A DNA stretch of 15,750 bases from a bacterium (lineage in GTDB: Bacteria; UBA10199; 2-02-FULL-44-16; DYJF01): the NCBI GenBank assembly GCA_041739675.1, contig JBGSNL010000027.1, positions 1 to 15,750 of the forward strand, written 5' to 3'. The position numbers and the translations under genes are program-made. Shown piece after piece: positions 1 through 7,165 of this stretch (within the stretch, counting starts at the first letter, position 1; the number at the start of each line of letters is the position of its first letter). A model generated the notes under the pieces. It saw only the letters and a list, made by a program, of their open reading frames with translations. It ran no database searches and was not told the origin of the DNA.

Positions 1-1022
1 GCCGCAAGATGTCAAAGAGCCTCGGCAACTCGCCCGATCCGCTGGATCTTATCGATTTATACGGCGCGGACGGTGTCCGCTTCGGCCTCATGTTAATCGC
101 GCCGCAGGGTCAGGACATTCTCTTCACGCAGGAGCGTCTGGAGATCGGACGCAATTTCTGCAACAAGCTCTGGAACGCGACAAGGTTCGTGCTGATGAAC
201 CTCGAAGGCGAGAAAAAAGAAACGAAATTGAATCTCGCGGACAAATGGATATTGAACCGCCTTGAGCACACGGTGAGGGACGTGAACGCGGCGCTGGACA
301 CGTACGAATTCGACGGCGCGGCAAGGACGCTCTATCAGTTCGTCTGGGGCGATTTCTGCGACTGGTATCTTGAGCTATCGAAGGTCAGCTCAAACAATGA
401 AGTGCTGGTTTCGGTGCTGACCTCCGTTCTCAAACTTCTCCATCCCTACATGCCCTTCATAACCGAGGAGCTGTGGCGTCAGTTCGAGACCGACACGGTC
501 ATGTTTGCAGAGTATCCAAAACCCGCAAAGAAAATACCTTATGAGGAAGAGGCCCTCCACATCGAAACGGTGAAAAAAATAATAGATGCGGTGAGGAACA
601 TAAGGGGCGAGCACAACATAAAACCGCGGCTCCAAATCGAGGCCACGATAAAAGTTTCCTCCGATGCCGACACAAAGCTCATCGAGGATCACAGGGCCTA
701 CATCGAGAACCTCGCGTCGATCGGAAAACTTCAGGTGTCGCAGGGCGAAGAAAGACCGGAAGACGTCGCCACTGCGGTCGTTGAGGGGATGGAGGTAATG
801 GTCCCGTGGAAGGGTTTGATCGACGTCGAAGCGGAGCGGGCGCGACTCACCAAGGACATCTCCAGGACGGAATCGGAGATGGAAGTCGTGAAAGGAAAGC
901 TTTCAAACGAGGCGTTTGTTTCAAAGGCGCGTCCGGAAGTTGTGGGCCAGCAGCGCGAAAGGCTCTCGCAGCTTGAAGAGAAGATTTCAACACTCAAGGA
1001 TGCGCTCACCAAACTCGGCTGA
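1..1022 (+). CDS. valS: Valyl-tRNA synthetase, 5'-truncated by the window edge
   Basis: Frame opens with R-KMSKS-LGNSPDP (class I aaRS KMSKS motif). It also contains YGADGVRF, RNFCNKLWNA, FCDWYLE and LLHPYMPFITEELW, and ends in the ValRS coiled-coil arm (IDVEAERARL...KLSNEAFVSKA). Stop TGA at 1020-1022. Confidence 0.97.
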   Translation, partial: RKMSKSLGNSPDPLDLIDLYGADGVRFGLMLIAPQGQDILFTQERLEIGRNFCNKLWNATRFVLMNLEGEKKETKLNLADKWILNRLEHTVRDVNAALDTYEFDGAARTLYQFVWGDFCDWYLELSKVSSNNEVLVSVLTSVLKLLHPYMPFITEELWRQFETDTVMFAEYPKPAKKIPYEEEALHIETVKKIIDAVRNIRGEHNIKPRLQIEATIKVSSDADTKLIEDHRAYIENLASIGKLQVSQGEERPEDVATAVVEGMEVMVPWKGLIDVEAERARLTKDISRTESEMEVVKGKLSNEAFVSKARPEVVGQQRERLSQLEEKISTLKDALTKLG

Positions 1023-1029
1023 GGTTATC

Positions 1030-1863
1030 ATGGCGACAGATCACATAGACCAGCTTGTAAGGCTCGCTCTCGACGAGGATATCGGAGAGAAAGACATCAC
1101 GTCCGATGCGATAGTCGATCCATCGCTTGTAGTCACGGCGCGCATCGTCGCAAAGGAACGCCTTGTCATAGCAGGGCTCGATATCGCGCAGAGGGTTTTT
1201 CACACAGTCGATCCCCAAATCAGCTGGGACGCTAAACATGAGGACGGCGAATCGTGCGAGGCCAAAAAGGTACTTGCGATCGTGAAGGGAAACGCGAGAT
1301 CGCTTCTCGCGGCCGAACGCACGGCGATAAATTTTCTGCAGCACCTTTCAGGTATCGCAACCTCGACCGCCATGTTTGCAAACACGGTTTCAGATACGAA
1401 AGTGAAAATTCTCGACACTCGAAAAACGACCCCCGGCATGAGGGCCCTTGAAAAGCACGCGGTCGCCATGGGGGACGGCGTGAACCACAGGATGGGGCTT
1501 TATGACCGCTACCTCATAAAAAATAATCACATCGCGATTGCCGGCTCCATCCGCGAAGCGATAGACCGCGTCAAGCGGGGAAGAAAACCGGACGTCCTTC
1601 TTGAGGTGGAAGTTGAAACGCTTGAGGGCTTAAGCGAAGCCCTTGAGTGCGGCGTCGACATCGTCATGCTGGATAATATGTCGGTGGCCGACGTGCGCAA
1701 GGCCGTGGAAATAACGAAGGGGCGCGCAAAACTTGAGGTCTCCGGGAACATCACGCTCACCAACATAGAGCACTACGCGGCATCCGGCATAGATTTCATC
1801 TCGGTGGGCGCAATCACCCATTCCGCTCCGGCCGCTGACATACATATGGTAATGGAAATTTAG
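1030..1863 (+). CDS. nadC: Nicotinate-nucleotide pyrophosphorylase (quinolinate phosphoribosyltransferase)
   Basis: Motifs ALDEDIGEKDITS, ERTAINFLQHLSGIAT, DTRKTTPG, HRMGLYD..LIKNNH, EVEVE, MLDN, EVSGNI and ISVGAITHS. Likely start is ATG 1030 after GAGG, rather than the ORF-track start at 916 that overlaps valS. Confidence 0.96.
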   Translation: MATDHIDQLVRLALDEDIGEKDITSDAIVDPSLVVTARIVAKERLVIAGLDIAQRVFHTVDPQISWDAKHEDGESCEAKKVLAIVKGNARSLLAAERTAINFLQHLSGIATSTAMFANTVSDTKVKILDTRKTTPGMRALEKHAVAMGDGVNHRMGLYDRYLIKNNHIAIAGSIREAIDRVKRGRKPDVLLEVEVETLEGLSEALECGVDIVMLDNMSVADVRKAVEITKGRAKLEVSGNITLTNIEHYAASGIDFISVGAITHSAPAADIHMVMEI

Positions 1864-2252
1864 GCAGGTCTTTTAAGATAATCTTCGATGATCTCGGTCA
1901 AAAGTCTGTAAAAGCGGTGCGGCATACCGTCCGCGTCCTCGCAGACGAAAAACTCCGCCGAATCGAATATCCCGCCGTCATCCCACGTGCCGATCGAGCC
2001 GTCGCCATCGCGGTCGTCGAAAGAGAATTGGTGATCCACCCCGTAACTTTGGAACCAGCCCTCGATGTGAACCGAACGAGCCGCGAACTCCATTTCGTAT
2101 TTGATGCGCTCCGCCGCCGTGAGCTCCGGGCTTATCGTGACGATGAAAGTTCCCTGAGGCAGCTTACACGTGAACGTCCTGCCCTCATCGGGAGAAAGAC
2201 TCAAGAGATGCGCCAGGCGGTCGGCAAAAGATTTGTCGGCTATTTCGACCAT
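1860..2252 (-). CDS. Hypothetical protein, 130 aa, acidic, with a DxDxDG-like motif
   Basis: Fills the gap between the malic enzyme gene (same strand, 20 bp upstream) and nadC (convergent, overlapping stop codons). Contains DDRDGDGSIG. No family recognised. Confidence 0.65.
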   Translation of the reverse strand: MVEIADKSFADRLAHLLSLSPDEGRTFTCKLPQGTFIVTISPELTAAERIKYEMEFAARSVHIEGWFQSYGVDHQFSFDDRDGDGSIGTWDDGGIFDSAEFFVCEDADGMPHRFYRLLTEIIEDYLKRPA

Positions 2253-2272
2253 AAATCATCACAATTATATCA

Positions 2273-3568
2273 TTATATATCTTTGATGCCTAAGCGCTTT
2301 TTCAACGATTCACGATACGCATCGATGTCCTTTATGGGTTCTTTGGCGACACCGGATTTTTTCGCAGCCTCTGCAACCGCCGGCGCCTCCCACCAGAGAA
2401 CCCTGGGATCGAGCGGTTTGGGGATGATGTAGTTAGTGCCGAATGAAAACCTTGCCCCGCCGTATGCAGCGACAACGCTCTCCGGAACGGGTTCTTTCGC
2501 CAGCGACGCAAGCGCCTTCGCCGCCGCCTTTTTCATCTCCTCGTTGATCTTTGTAGCGACGGTATCCAGCGCGCCCCTGAAGATGAACGGGAACCCAAGC
2601 ACATTGTTTACTTGATTGGGATAATCGGAACGGCCCGTCGCCATGATGATATCTTTTCGCGCGGCGTATGCGTCCTCAGGCGTTATTTCGGGATCGGGAT
2701 TGGCCATCGCAAAAATTATCGGCTTCGGCGCCATTGATTTCACCATCTCCTGCGTGACAAGTCCCTTTGCGGAGACGCCCACGAAAACGTCCGCGTCCTT
2801 CATGCATTCGCCCAATGTCTTGTGAGATGATTTCTGCGCAAAATATCCGCGGTAGGGTTCGTCGTTTTTTCGGTCGTCAGTCACAAGACCGTGCCGGTCG
2901 CACAGAAAGATGTGCTCGCGCTTCACACCAAAACTTTCCAGGAATTTCGCGCATGCCACACCCGCCGCGCCCGCGCCCGAGAAAACGACCTTGATTTTGC
3001 CGATGTCCTTGTCCGCGATCTCAAGCGCGTTCAAGAGACCCGCGGCCGTTATGATCGCCGTTCCGTGCTGATCGTCATGGAAGACCGGGATATTCATTTC
3101 GCGGATGAGCGTCTCTTCGATTTCGAAACATTCCGGCGCCTTGATATCCTCAAGATTTATACCGCCGAACGTCGGCTCCATGCTCTTCACGATTTTGATG
3201 AGCGCCTTCGGATCCTTCTCGTCGATTTCGAGATCGAACACGTCGACGTCCGCGAATCTCTTGAAGAGAACTCCCTTCCCTTCCATCACGGGTTTGCCCG
3301 CCAGCGCGCCGATATCGCCCAGGCCCAGAACCGCGGTTCCGTTCGAGATCACGGCGACAAGGTTCCCCTTCGCCGTGTATTTGAGCGCGTCATTAGGATT
3401 TTTCTCTATCTCGCGGCAGGGCTCGGCAACGCCCGGCGTGTAAGCCAGCGAGAGCTCCCGCTGCGTGGTGCAGGGTTTCGTTATCTTGAGCGCGATTTTG
3501 CCGGGAGGATAATCAGAGTGATAAGAAAGCACGTCTTCGCGTGTGAATTTCACTGTCTTTAGCGTCAT
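2273..3568 (-). CDS. NAD(P)-dependent malic enzyme, MaeB-like catalytic unit without the C-terminal phosphotransacetylase domain, 431 aa
   Basis: Motifs [79 protein letters not shown] and [12 protein letters not shown]. Likely start is ATG at 3568 with SD AAAGGGGA. Confidence 0.95.
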   Translation of the reverse strand: MTLKTVKFTREDVLSYHSDYPPGKIALKITKPCTTQRELSLAYTPGVAEPCREIEKNPNDALKYTAKGNLVAVISNGTAVLGLGDIGALAGKPVMEGKGVLFKRFADVDVFDLEIDEKDPKALIKIVKSMEPTFGGINLEDIKAPECFEIEETLIREMNIPVFHDDQHGTAIITAAGLLNALEIADKDIGKIKVVFSGAGAAGVACAKFLESFGVKREHIFLCDRHGLVTDDRKNDEPYRGYFAQKSSHKTLGECMKDADVFVGVSAKGLVTQEMVKSMAPKPIIFAMANPDPEITPEDAYAARKDIIMATGRSDYPNQVNNVLGFPFIFRGALDTVATKINEEMKKAAAKALASLAKEPVPESVVAAYGGARFSFGTNYIIPKPLDPRVLWWEAPAVAEAAKKSGVAKEPIKDIDAYRESLKKRLGIKDI

Positions 3569-3585
3569 ATGATCCCCTTTCTGAT

Positions 3586-3597
3586 TGTGTATACACA
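3586..3597. promoter_or_regulatory. Perfect 12-bp palindrome TGTGTATACACA, candidate operator
   Basis: Seen directly ~18 bp upstream of the malic enzyme start, in a divergent intergenic region. Confidence 0.4.
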
Positions 3598-3611
3598 TAT
3601 TTAGATTCGTC

Positions 3612-3669
3612 CGATAAATCAACGTTAAATCGACGGCGCAGGAGCCGTCGATTTATTGTCGATTTATTG
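3612..3669. repeat. Inverted repeat/hairpin built from 11-bp tandem units
   Basis: TAAATCGACGGC (3626-3637) and GCCGTCGATTTA (3644-3655) form a perfect 12-bp stem with loop GCAGGA. It extends imperfectly to 3612/3669. The right arm contains GTCGATTTATT twice (3647-3668). Confidence 0.8.
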
Positions 3670-3699
3670 TTGACGATTCGCCTTCATATGTCTTATACG
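3670..3699 (+). promoter_or_regulatory. Candidate sigma70-type promoter for the FHA-sigma54 regulator, possibly leaderless
   Basis: TTGACG (3670-3675), 18-bp spacer, TATACG (3694-3699), ending 7 bp before ATG 3707, which has no recognisable SD sequence. Confidence 0.3.
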
Positions 3700-3706
3700 A
3701 CGCGAC

Positions 3707-5329
3707 ATGATTGAGCTCGTGTTCTCCCGCGACGGCAAGCCGTGCCTGCGTCAGCAAGTGGACGAGACCTCGCTGACGATAGGACGCGACACCGACAATC
3801 AAGTCCAGTTGACCGACGAAGATATATCCAGAAAACATCTGAGGATAGAGTGGAAGGACGGAAAATACGTCGTCACCGACTTTTCAAGCAACGGCACTTA
3901 CCTCAATAATCGCCCGATCAAGACGTCCCCACTCAAAGTCGGCGACAGCCTGACCATCGGCCGATGGACCGTGGAAGTTGTGGCCGGGCGGGCGGATACC
4001 AGAAGCACAACAGTCATAGCGCCAAAGCAGCCGACATCCATCCTAAACTTCGATGCGGAGAAAAAATCCATATCTGTGGAGAGGATAAAGCTCACGGTCA
4101 CAACGCCTGATCAGAAAAAGGAAAATTTCACTTTAAGGCGGACCGAGACGGTGATCGGTCAGGCTGAAAGCTGCGACGTGGAGATAAACGATTCATTCAT
4201 ATCAAGGCGCCACTGCAGACTCATCAACAAGGGTAGCCGCATCATGCTCATGGATCTGGGCTCGACCAATGGAACGTACGTCGAGGGCGTGCGAGTCGAT
4301 AACGTCAGCCTTCCTCTCGAAGGCTCGTTCAAGATAGGCAAGAGCACGATCGATTACAAGCTCGACCGCCACTTTGAAATCGTGAGCCCCTCTCTCGAAA
4401 CCTCGCTTGGGCCCATGATCGGCGCAAGCGAAAAGATGCGCGAGATTTTTTCGCTCATCGAAAAGGTGGCACCGTCCGACGCAACGGTTCTTATAACGGG
4501 CGAGAGCGGAACCGGAAAGGACCTGGCCGCTCGCCTTTTGCATCAGATGAGCCACCGCGCCGAAAAGCCATTCATTTCGATCAACTGCGGCGCGATTCCA
4601 GCATCTATTATAGAAAGCCAGCTCTTCGGCCATGAGAAGGGTTCGTTCACGGGGGCGATTGAGCGCATGTCGGGCCTCATCGAGCAGGCGAACGGCGGCA
4701 CACTTTTCCTTGATGAAATTGGCGAGATGCCCCTTGAGCTTCAAACGCGGCTGCTTCAGGTGATCGAAAGCAAGAAAGTCAGGCGCATCGGCGGCAAGGA
4801 AGAGATTGAAGTCGATTTCCGTCTCATAGCCGCCACGAACAAAGAGCTGCAGAGGCTCGCGGCCGACGGGCGTTTCCGCGAGGATCTTTTCTACAGGCTT
4901 TACGTCATCCCCATACACCTCACTCCGCTCAGAGAGCGCGGCGACGATCTGAAAATTCTGGCACAGCGTTTCATAAAGGATCTCTCTGTGCCCCGAGCGA
5001 TGACAAAACTTACCGACGCCGCAATCGAAAAGCTAGCCTCGCATGACTGGCCGGGCAACGTGCGCGAGCTCAAAAATGTCATCCAGCGGGCGATTCTTTT
5101 CTCCACTTCGACCACACTTGATGCAAAAGACATTTCGTATGCGCCGATCGAAACAAAGGCCGCGGGTGATGCGAATCTTGAAAACAAGGAACGCGACACC
5201 ATCATCGCCTCTCTGATAAAGTTCGGCGGCAATCAAACCAAAGCGGCCACCGAATTGGGCATCGCCCGCACAACCCTCTCCGCAAAGGTCCTCAAATACC
5301 AGATCGATGTAAAAAAATTGCAGGGCTGA
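3707..5329 (+). CDS. Sigma54-dependent enhancer-binding protein with two N-terminal FHA domains and a Fis-type HTH
   Basis: FHA1: LTIGRD..ISRKH..SSNGT. FHA2: VIGQ..ISRRH..STNGT. AAA+: [77 protein letters not shown]. Confidence 0.95.
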   Translation: MIELVFSRDGKPCLRQQVDETSLTIGRDTDNQVQLTDEDISRKHLRIEWKDGKYVVTDFSSNGTYLNNRPIKTSPLKVGDSLTIGRWTVEVVAGRADTRSTTVIAPKQPTSILNFDAEKKSISVERIKLTVTTPDQKKENFTLRRTETVIGQAESCDVEINDSFISRRHCRLINKGSRIMLMDLGSTNGTYVEGVRVDNVSLPLEGSFKIGKSTIDYKLDRHFEIVSPSLETSLGPMIGASEKMREIFSLIEKVAPSDATVLITGESGTGKDLAARLLHQMSHRAEKPFISINCGAIPASIIESQLFGHEKGSFTGAIERMSGLIEQANGGTLFLDEIGEMPLELQTRLLQVIESKKVRRIGGKEEIEVDFRLIAATNKELQRLAADGRFREDLFYRLYVIPIHLTPLRERGDDLKILAQRFIKDLSVPRAMTKLTDAAIEKLASHDWPGNVRELKNVIQRAILFSTSTTLDAKDISYAPIETKAAGDANLENKERDTIIASLIKFGGNQTKAATELGIARTTLSAKVLKYQIDVKKLQG

Positions 5330-5357
5330 TCCAGAATAATTCATTACTACATAAAAG

Positions 5358-5422
5358 CGATCGAAGATCAGGATTATGATTATGACTAAGATCGAAGATC
5401 CAGGATTAAAGATAGAAGATCA
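5358..5422 (+). repeat. Degenerate 6-7 bp GAT-core tandem repeat array downstream of four-helix-bundle gene A
   Basis: cGATcga aGATca gGATta tGATta tGACta aGATcga aGATcca gGATtaa aGATaga aGATca (about 10 units). Includes the direct repeat GATCGAAGATC(C)AGGATTA at 5359-5376 and 5390-5408. Confidence 0.75.
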
Positions 5423-5755
5423 CCGGAGCTTGTAGAGCATCTTGACCACCTGAAGAAGCTGATCCTGAAGATAAAGAGCATCAGGTTCAGTCATCAGCCT
5501 CAGTGCTAACGCGACATCAATGCAAGATGCCGATTCAGCGGCAGACGCCCTTGCGATTGCAAAAAACCTTGCCCTCTCTCCTACACCTTTCCTCGCATTT
5601 CCCTCAGCAATGTTGAGGAGCACACTTGAAATGGCCCTCTTTAGCTGATCTTCAAGATAATAAGTACCTTTTGGCCATTTGGCCACAATGCCCGGCACCC
5701 TTTTTGCCGCCCCAAGGGCCATCTCGTAACATCTCAGCTTCTGATGATTGAACAT
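5420..5755 (-). CDS. Four-helix-bundle protein A (23S rRNA intervening-sequence protein/Avd-like fold), 111 aa
   Basis: MFNHQKLRCYE...LEDQLKRAISSVLLNIAEG..R....ERARFF.IARASAAE matches the family signature (DQLxRAxxSxxxNIAEG; F-x-IAxxSxxE). Start ATG at 5755 with SD AAGGAGG. Confidence 0.9.
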   Translation of the reverse strand: MFNHQKLRCYEMALGAAKRVPGIVAKWPKGTYYLEDQLKRAISSVLLNIAEGNARKGVGERARFFAIARASAAESASCIDVALALRLMTEPDALYLQDQLLQVVKMLYKLR

Positions 5756-5770
5756 AAAAACCTCCTTATT

Positions 5771-5828
5771 TGTGTTTTTTGGCCTCATGCCTCTCACCCT
5801 CATGGGAGGCATGAGGCCAAAAAACACA
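5771..5828. repeat. Perfect 23-bp inverted repeat (hairpin/cruciform) at the centre of the divergent gene pair
   Basis: TGTGTTTTTTGGCCTCATGCCTC (5771-5793) is the exact reverse complement of GAGGCATGAGGCCAAAAAACACA (5806-5828). The spacer is 12 nt (TCACCCTCATGG); three more pairs are possible (one G-U), leaving a 6-nt loop. Confidence 0.97.
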
Positions 5829-5841
5829 CAGGAGGTATTCC

Positions 5842-6186
5842 ATGAATCATCAGAAGCTGAGATGCTATGAGGTCTTACTAGGTACCGCAAAAAGGTTGCC
5901 GGGCATTGTGGCTAGGATGCCAAGAGGACATAATTATATCGTGGATCAGCTGAGAAGGGCTCTATCCAGTGGGATACTTAATCTATCTGAGGGAAATGGG
6001 AGAACGTCGGCAAAAGAGAGGGCAAGGTTTTTTGACATATCGCTGGCATCCATCGCCGAATCGTCATCGGCTATTGATGTAATGCAGGCGTTCAACTTGA
6101 TCTCAAGACAGGCAGGCGATGAATTCAAATCCCAGCTGAGAATCGCCTATGCCATGATCGTCAATCTCAAGAAATCTGGATTCTGA
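5842..6186 (+). CDS. Four-helix-bundle protein B (23S rRNA IVP/Avd-like fold), 114 aa, paralog of gene A
   Basis: MNHQKLRCYE...DQLRRALSSGILNLSEGNGR...ERARFFDISLASIAE. SD AGGAGG at 5830-5835. Hand alignment to protein A gives 57/109 identical residues. Confidence 0.9.
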   Translation: MNHQKLRCYEVLLGTAKRLPGIVARMPRGHNYIVDQLRRALSSGILNLSEGNGRTSAKERARFFDISLASIAESSSAIDVMQAFNLISRQAGDEFKSQLRIAYAMIVNLKKSGF

Positions 6187-6223
6187 GATCTTAATCCAGG
6201 GCTAGGTCTTTATCTATCTTCTG
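6187..6223 (-). repeat. Short GAT/ATC-core repeat tract downstream of gene B, mirroring the tract after gene A
   Basis: Sense strand after stop B: GATCTTAATCCAGGGCTAGGTCTTTATCTATCTTCTG. Sense strand after stop A: TCTTCTATCTTTAATCCTGGATCTTCGATCTT. Shared core ATCTT(T)AATCC(T/A)GG. Confidence 0.55.
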
Positions 6224-6297
6224 TTCTCTCTGTTTATGCTTGTGAACTTTGTTAATATACTGTATTTACTCAAGATTAAGAAGGTCATGGGGGGTTC

Positions 6298-7164
6298 ATG
6301 TACGAATCATATTGGCTGCTCGATACCAAGCCTTTCGAGAATACGCCTGATCCCCAATTTATCTATAATTCCATGCAGCATGAAGAGGCCCTCATGCGCA
6401 TGGTCTACGCCGCCCACGAACGCAAGGAGGGCGCGCTTTTGACGGGCGAATACGGGAGCGGCAAGACGGTTCTCTCACGCGCGCTCTTAAAAGAACTCAG
6501 CCGCGACAATCTTTACAAAACGGTCCTGATCTTAAACCCCAAGATCACACGGAACGAGTTTCTCAAGGAAATCCTGTTCCAGCTTGGTTCTGCCGAGACC
6601 GGCAAGGACAAACTCGCTCTTCAGCATCAGCTGGCGGACCGCCTGAGCCGCATCGCCGACGAAGGCAAATTCACGGTGATCATAGTGGACGAGGCCCAGG
6701 TTCTTGGGGGCAACGATTTCAACGAGCTGCGCCTTCTTTTGAATTTCCAGAGAAACGACGGATTCCTTTTTACGCTCATCCTTGTCGGGCACACGGAGCT
6801 CCGGAAAAAGATATTCAGCGTGGAGCCCTTGAAGCAGAGGCTCGCCACACGTTTCCACTTGAGTGCACTGGGTGAAGAGGAGACGGCAAAATACATCCTT
6901 CATCGCATGGCGGTTGCCGGAAGAAAAGACGTGGTGTTCGAAGATGATGCGCTGAGGCTTATAAGTCGCGGCTCCGAAGGTATCCCCCGGCGGATCAACA
7001 ACATCTGCGACCACTGCCTTCTCATAGGCTACAGCCGCAAAGCGGAAAAGATCGGCGCCGATATCGCCATGGACGCCTTGAAGGATCTTGATGAATGGCG
7101 CGAAGACGACAAAGTGAGACCGTTCGTCGTGGACAAAACTGTCTCTCTGGAGAAGACGGCCTGA
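6298..7164 (+). CDS. ExeA/GspA-family AAA ATPase, ATPase domain only (copy 1)
   Basis: Family N-terminus MYESYWLLDTKPFENTPDPQF, Walker A GEYGSGKT, Walker B IIVDEAQ, then ELRLLLNFQ, YILHRM and GIPRRINNICD. Confidence 0.9.
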   Translation: MYESYWLLDTKPFENTPDPQFIYNSMQHEEALMRMVYAAHERKEGALLTGEYGSGKTVLSRALLKELSRDNLYKTVLILNPKITRNEFLKEILFQLGSAETGKDKLALQHQLADRLSRIADEGKFTVIIVDEAQVLGGNDFNELRLLLNFQRNDGFLFTLILVGHTELRKKIFSVEPLKQRLATRFHLSALGEEETAKYILHRMAVAGRKDVVFEDDALRLISRGSEGIPRRINNICDHCLLIGYSRKAEKIGADIAMDALKDLDEWREDDKVRPFVVDKTVSLEKTA

Positions 7165-7165
7165 T

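Noticed and set aside
1917..2432. 171-aa plus-strand ORF, and other long antisense ORFs (2891-3562, 4202-4918, 7280-8128)
   Set aside because: They are shadow frames overlapping better-supported genes on the opposite strand and have no recognisable motifs.
5358..5422. CRISPR array
   Set aside because: Units are 6-7 bp without unique spacers, and no cas genes are present.
5771..5828. Bidirectional rho-independent terminator
   Set aside because: The T-tract precedes the stem on both strands, and the genes diverge from it rather than converge.
5756..5890. 45-aa N-terminal extension of gene A given by the ORF track
   Set aside because: It runs through the hairpin and overlaps gene B. The SD and the alignment to gene B support the start at 5755.
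5420..6186. Diversity-generating retroelement suggested by the Avd-like genes
   Set aside because: No reverse transcriptase is present, and no TR/VR pair differing only at adenines is visible. The A/B differences are not adenine-specific.
5420..6186. 23S rRNA with an intervening sequence
   Set aside because: The flanks are protein-coding genes and no rRNA sequence was recognised.
5420..6186. Assembly or amplification fold-back artefact
   Set aside because: The arms encode intact proteins only ~52% identical with many synonymous differences. An artefact would be near-identical.
5321..6203. CAGGGCT at 5321-5327 and 6197-6203 as a target-site duplication
   Set aside because: It is only 7 bp, and the right copy lies inside the repeat tract rather than at its edge. 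It cannot be supported without an empty-site comparison.
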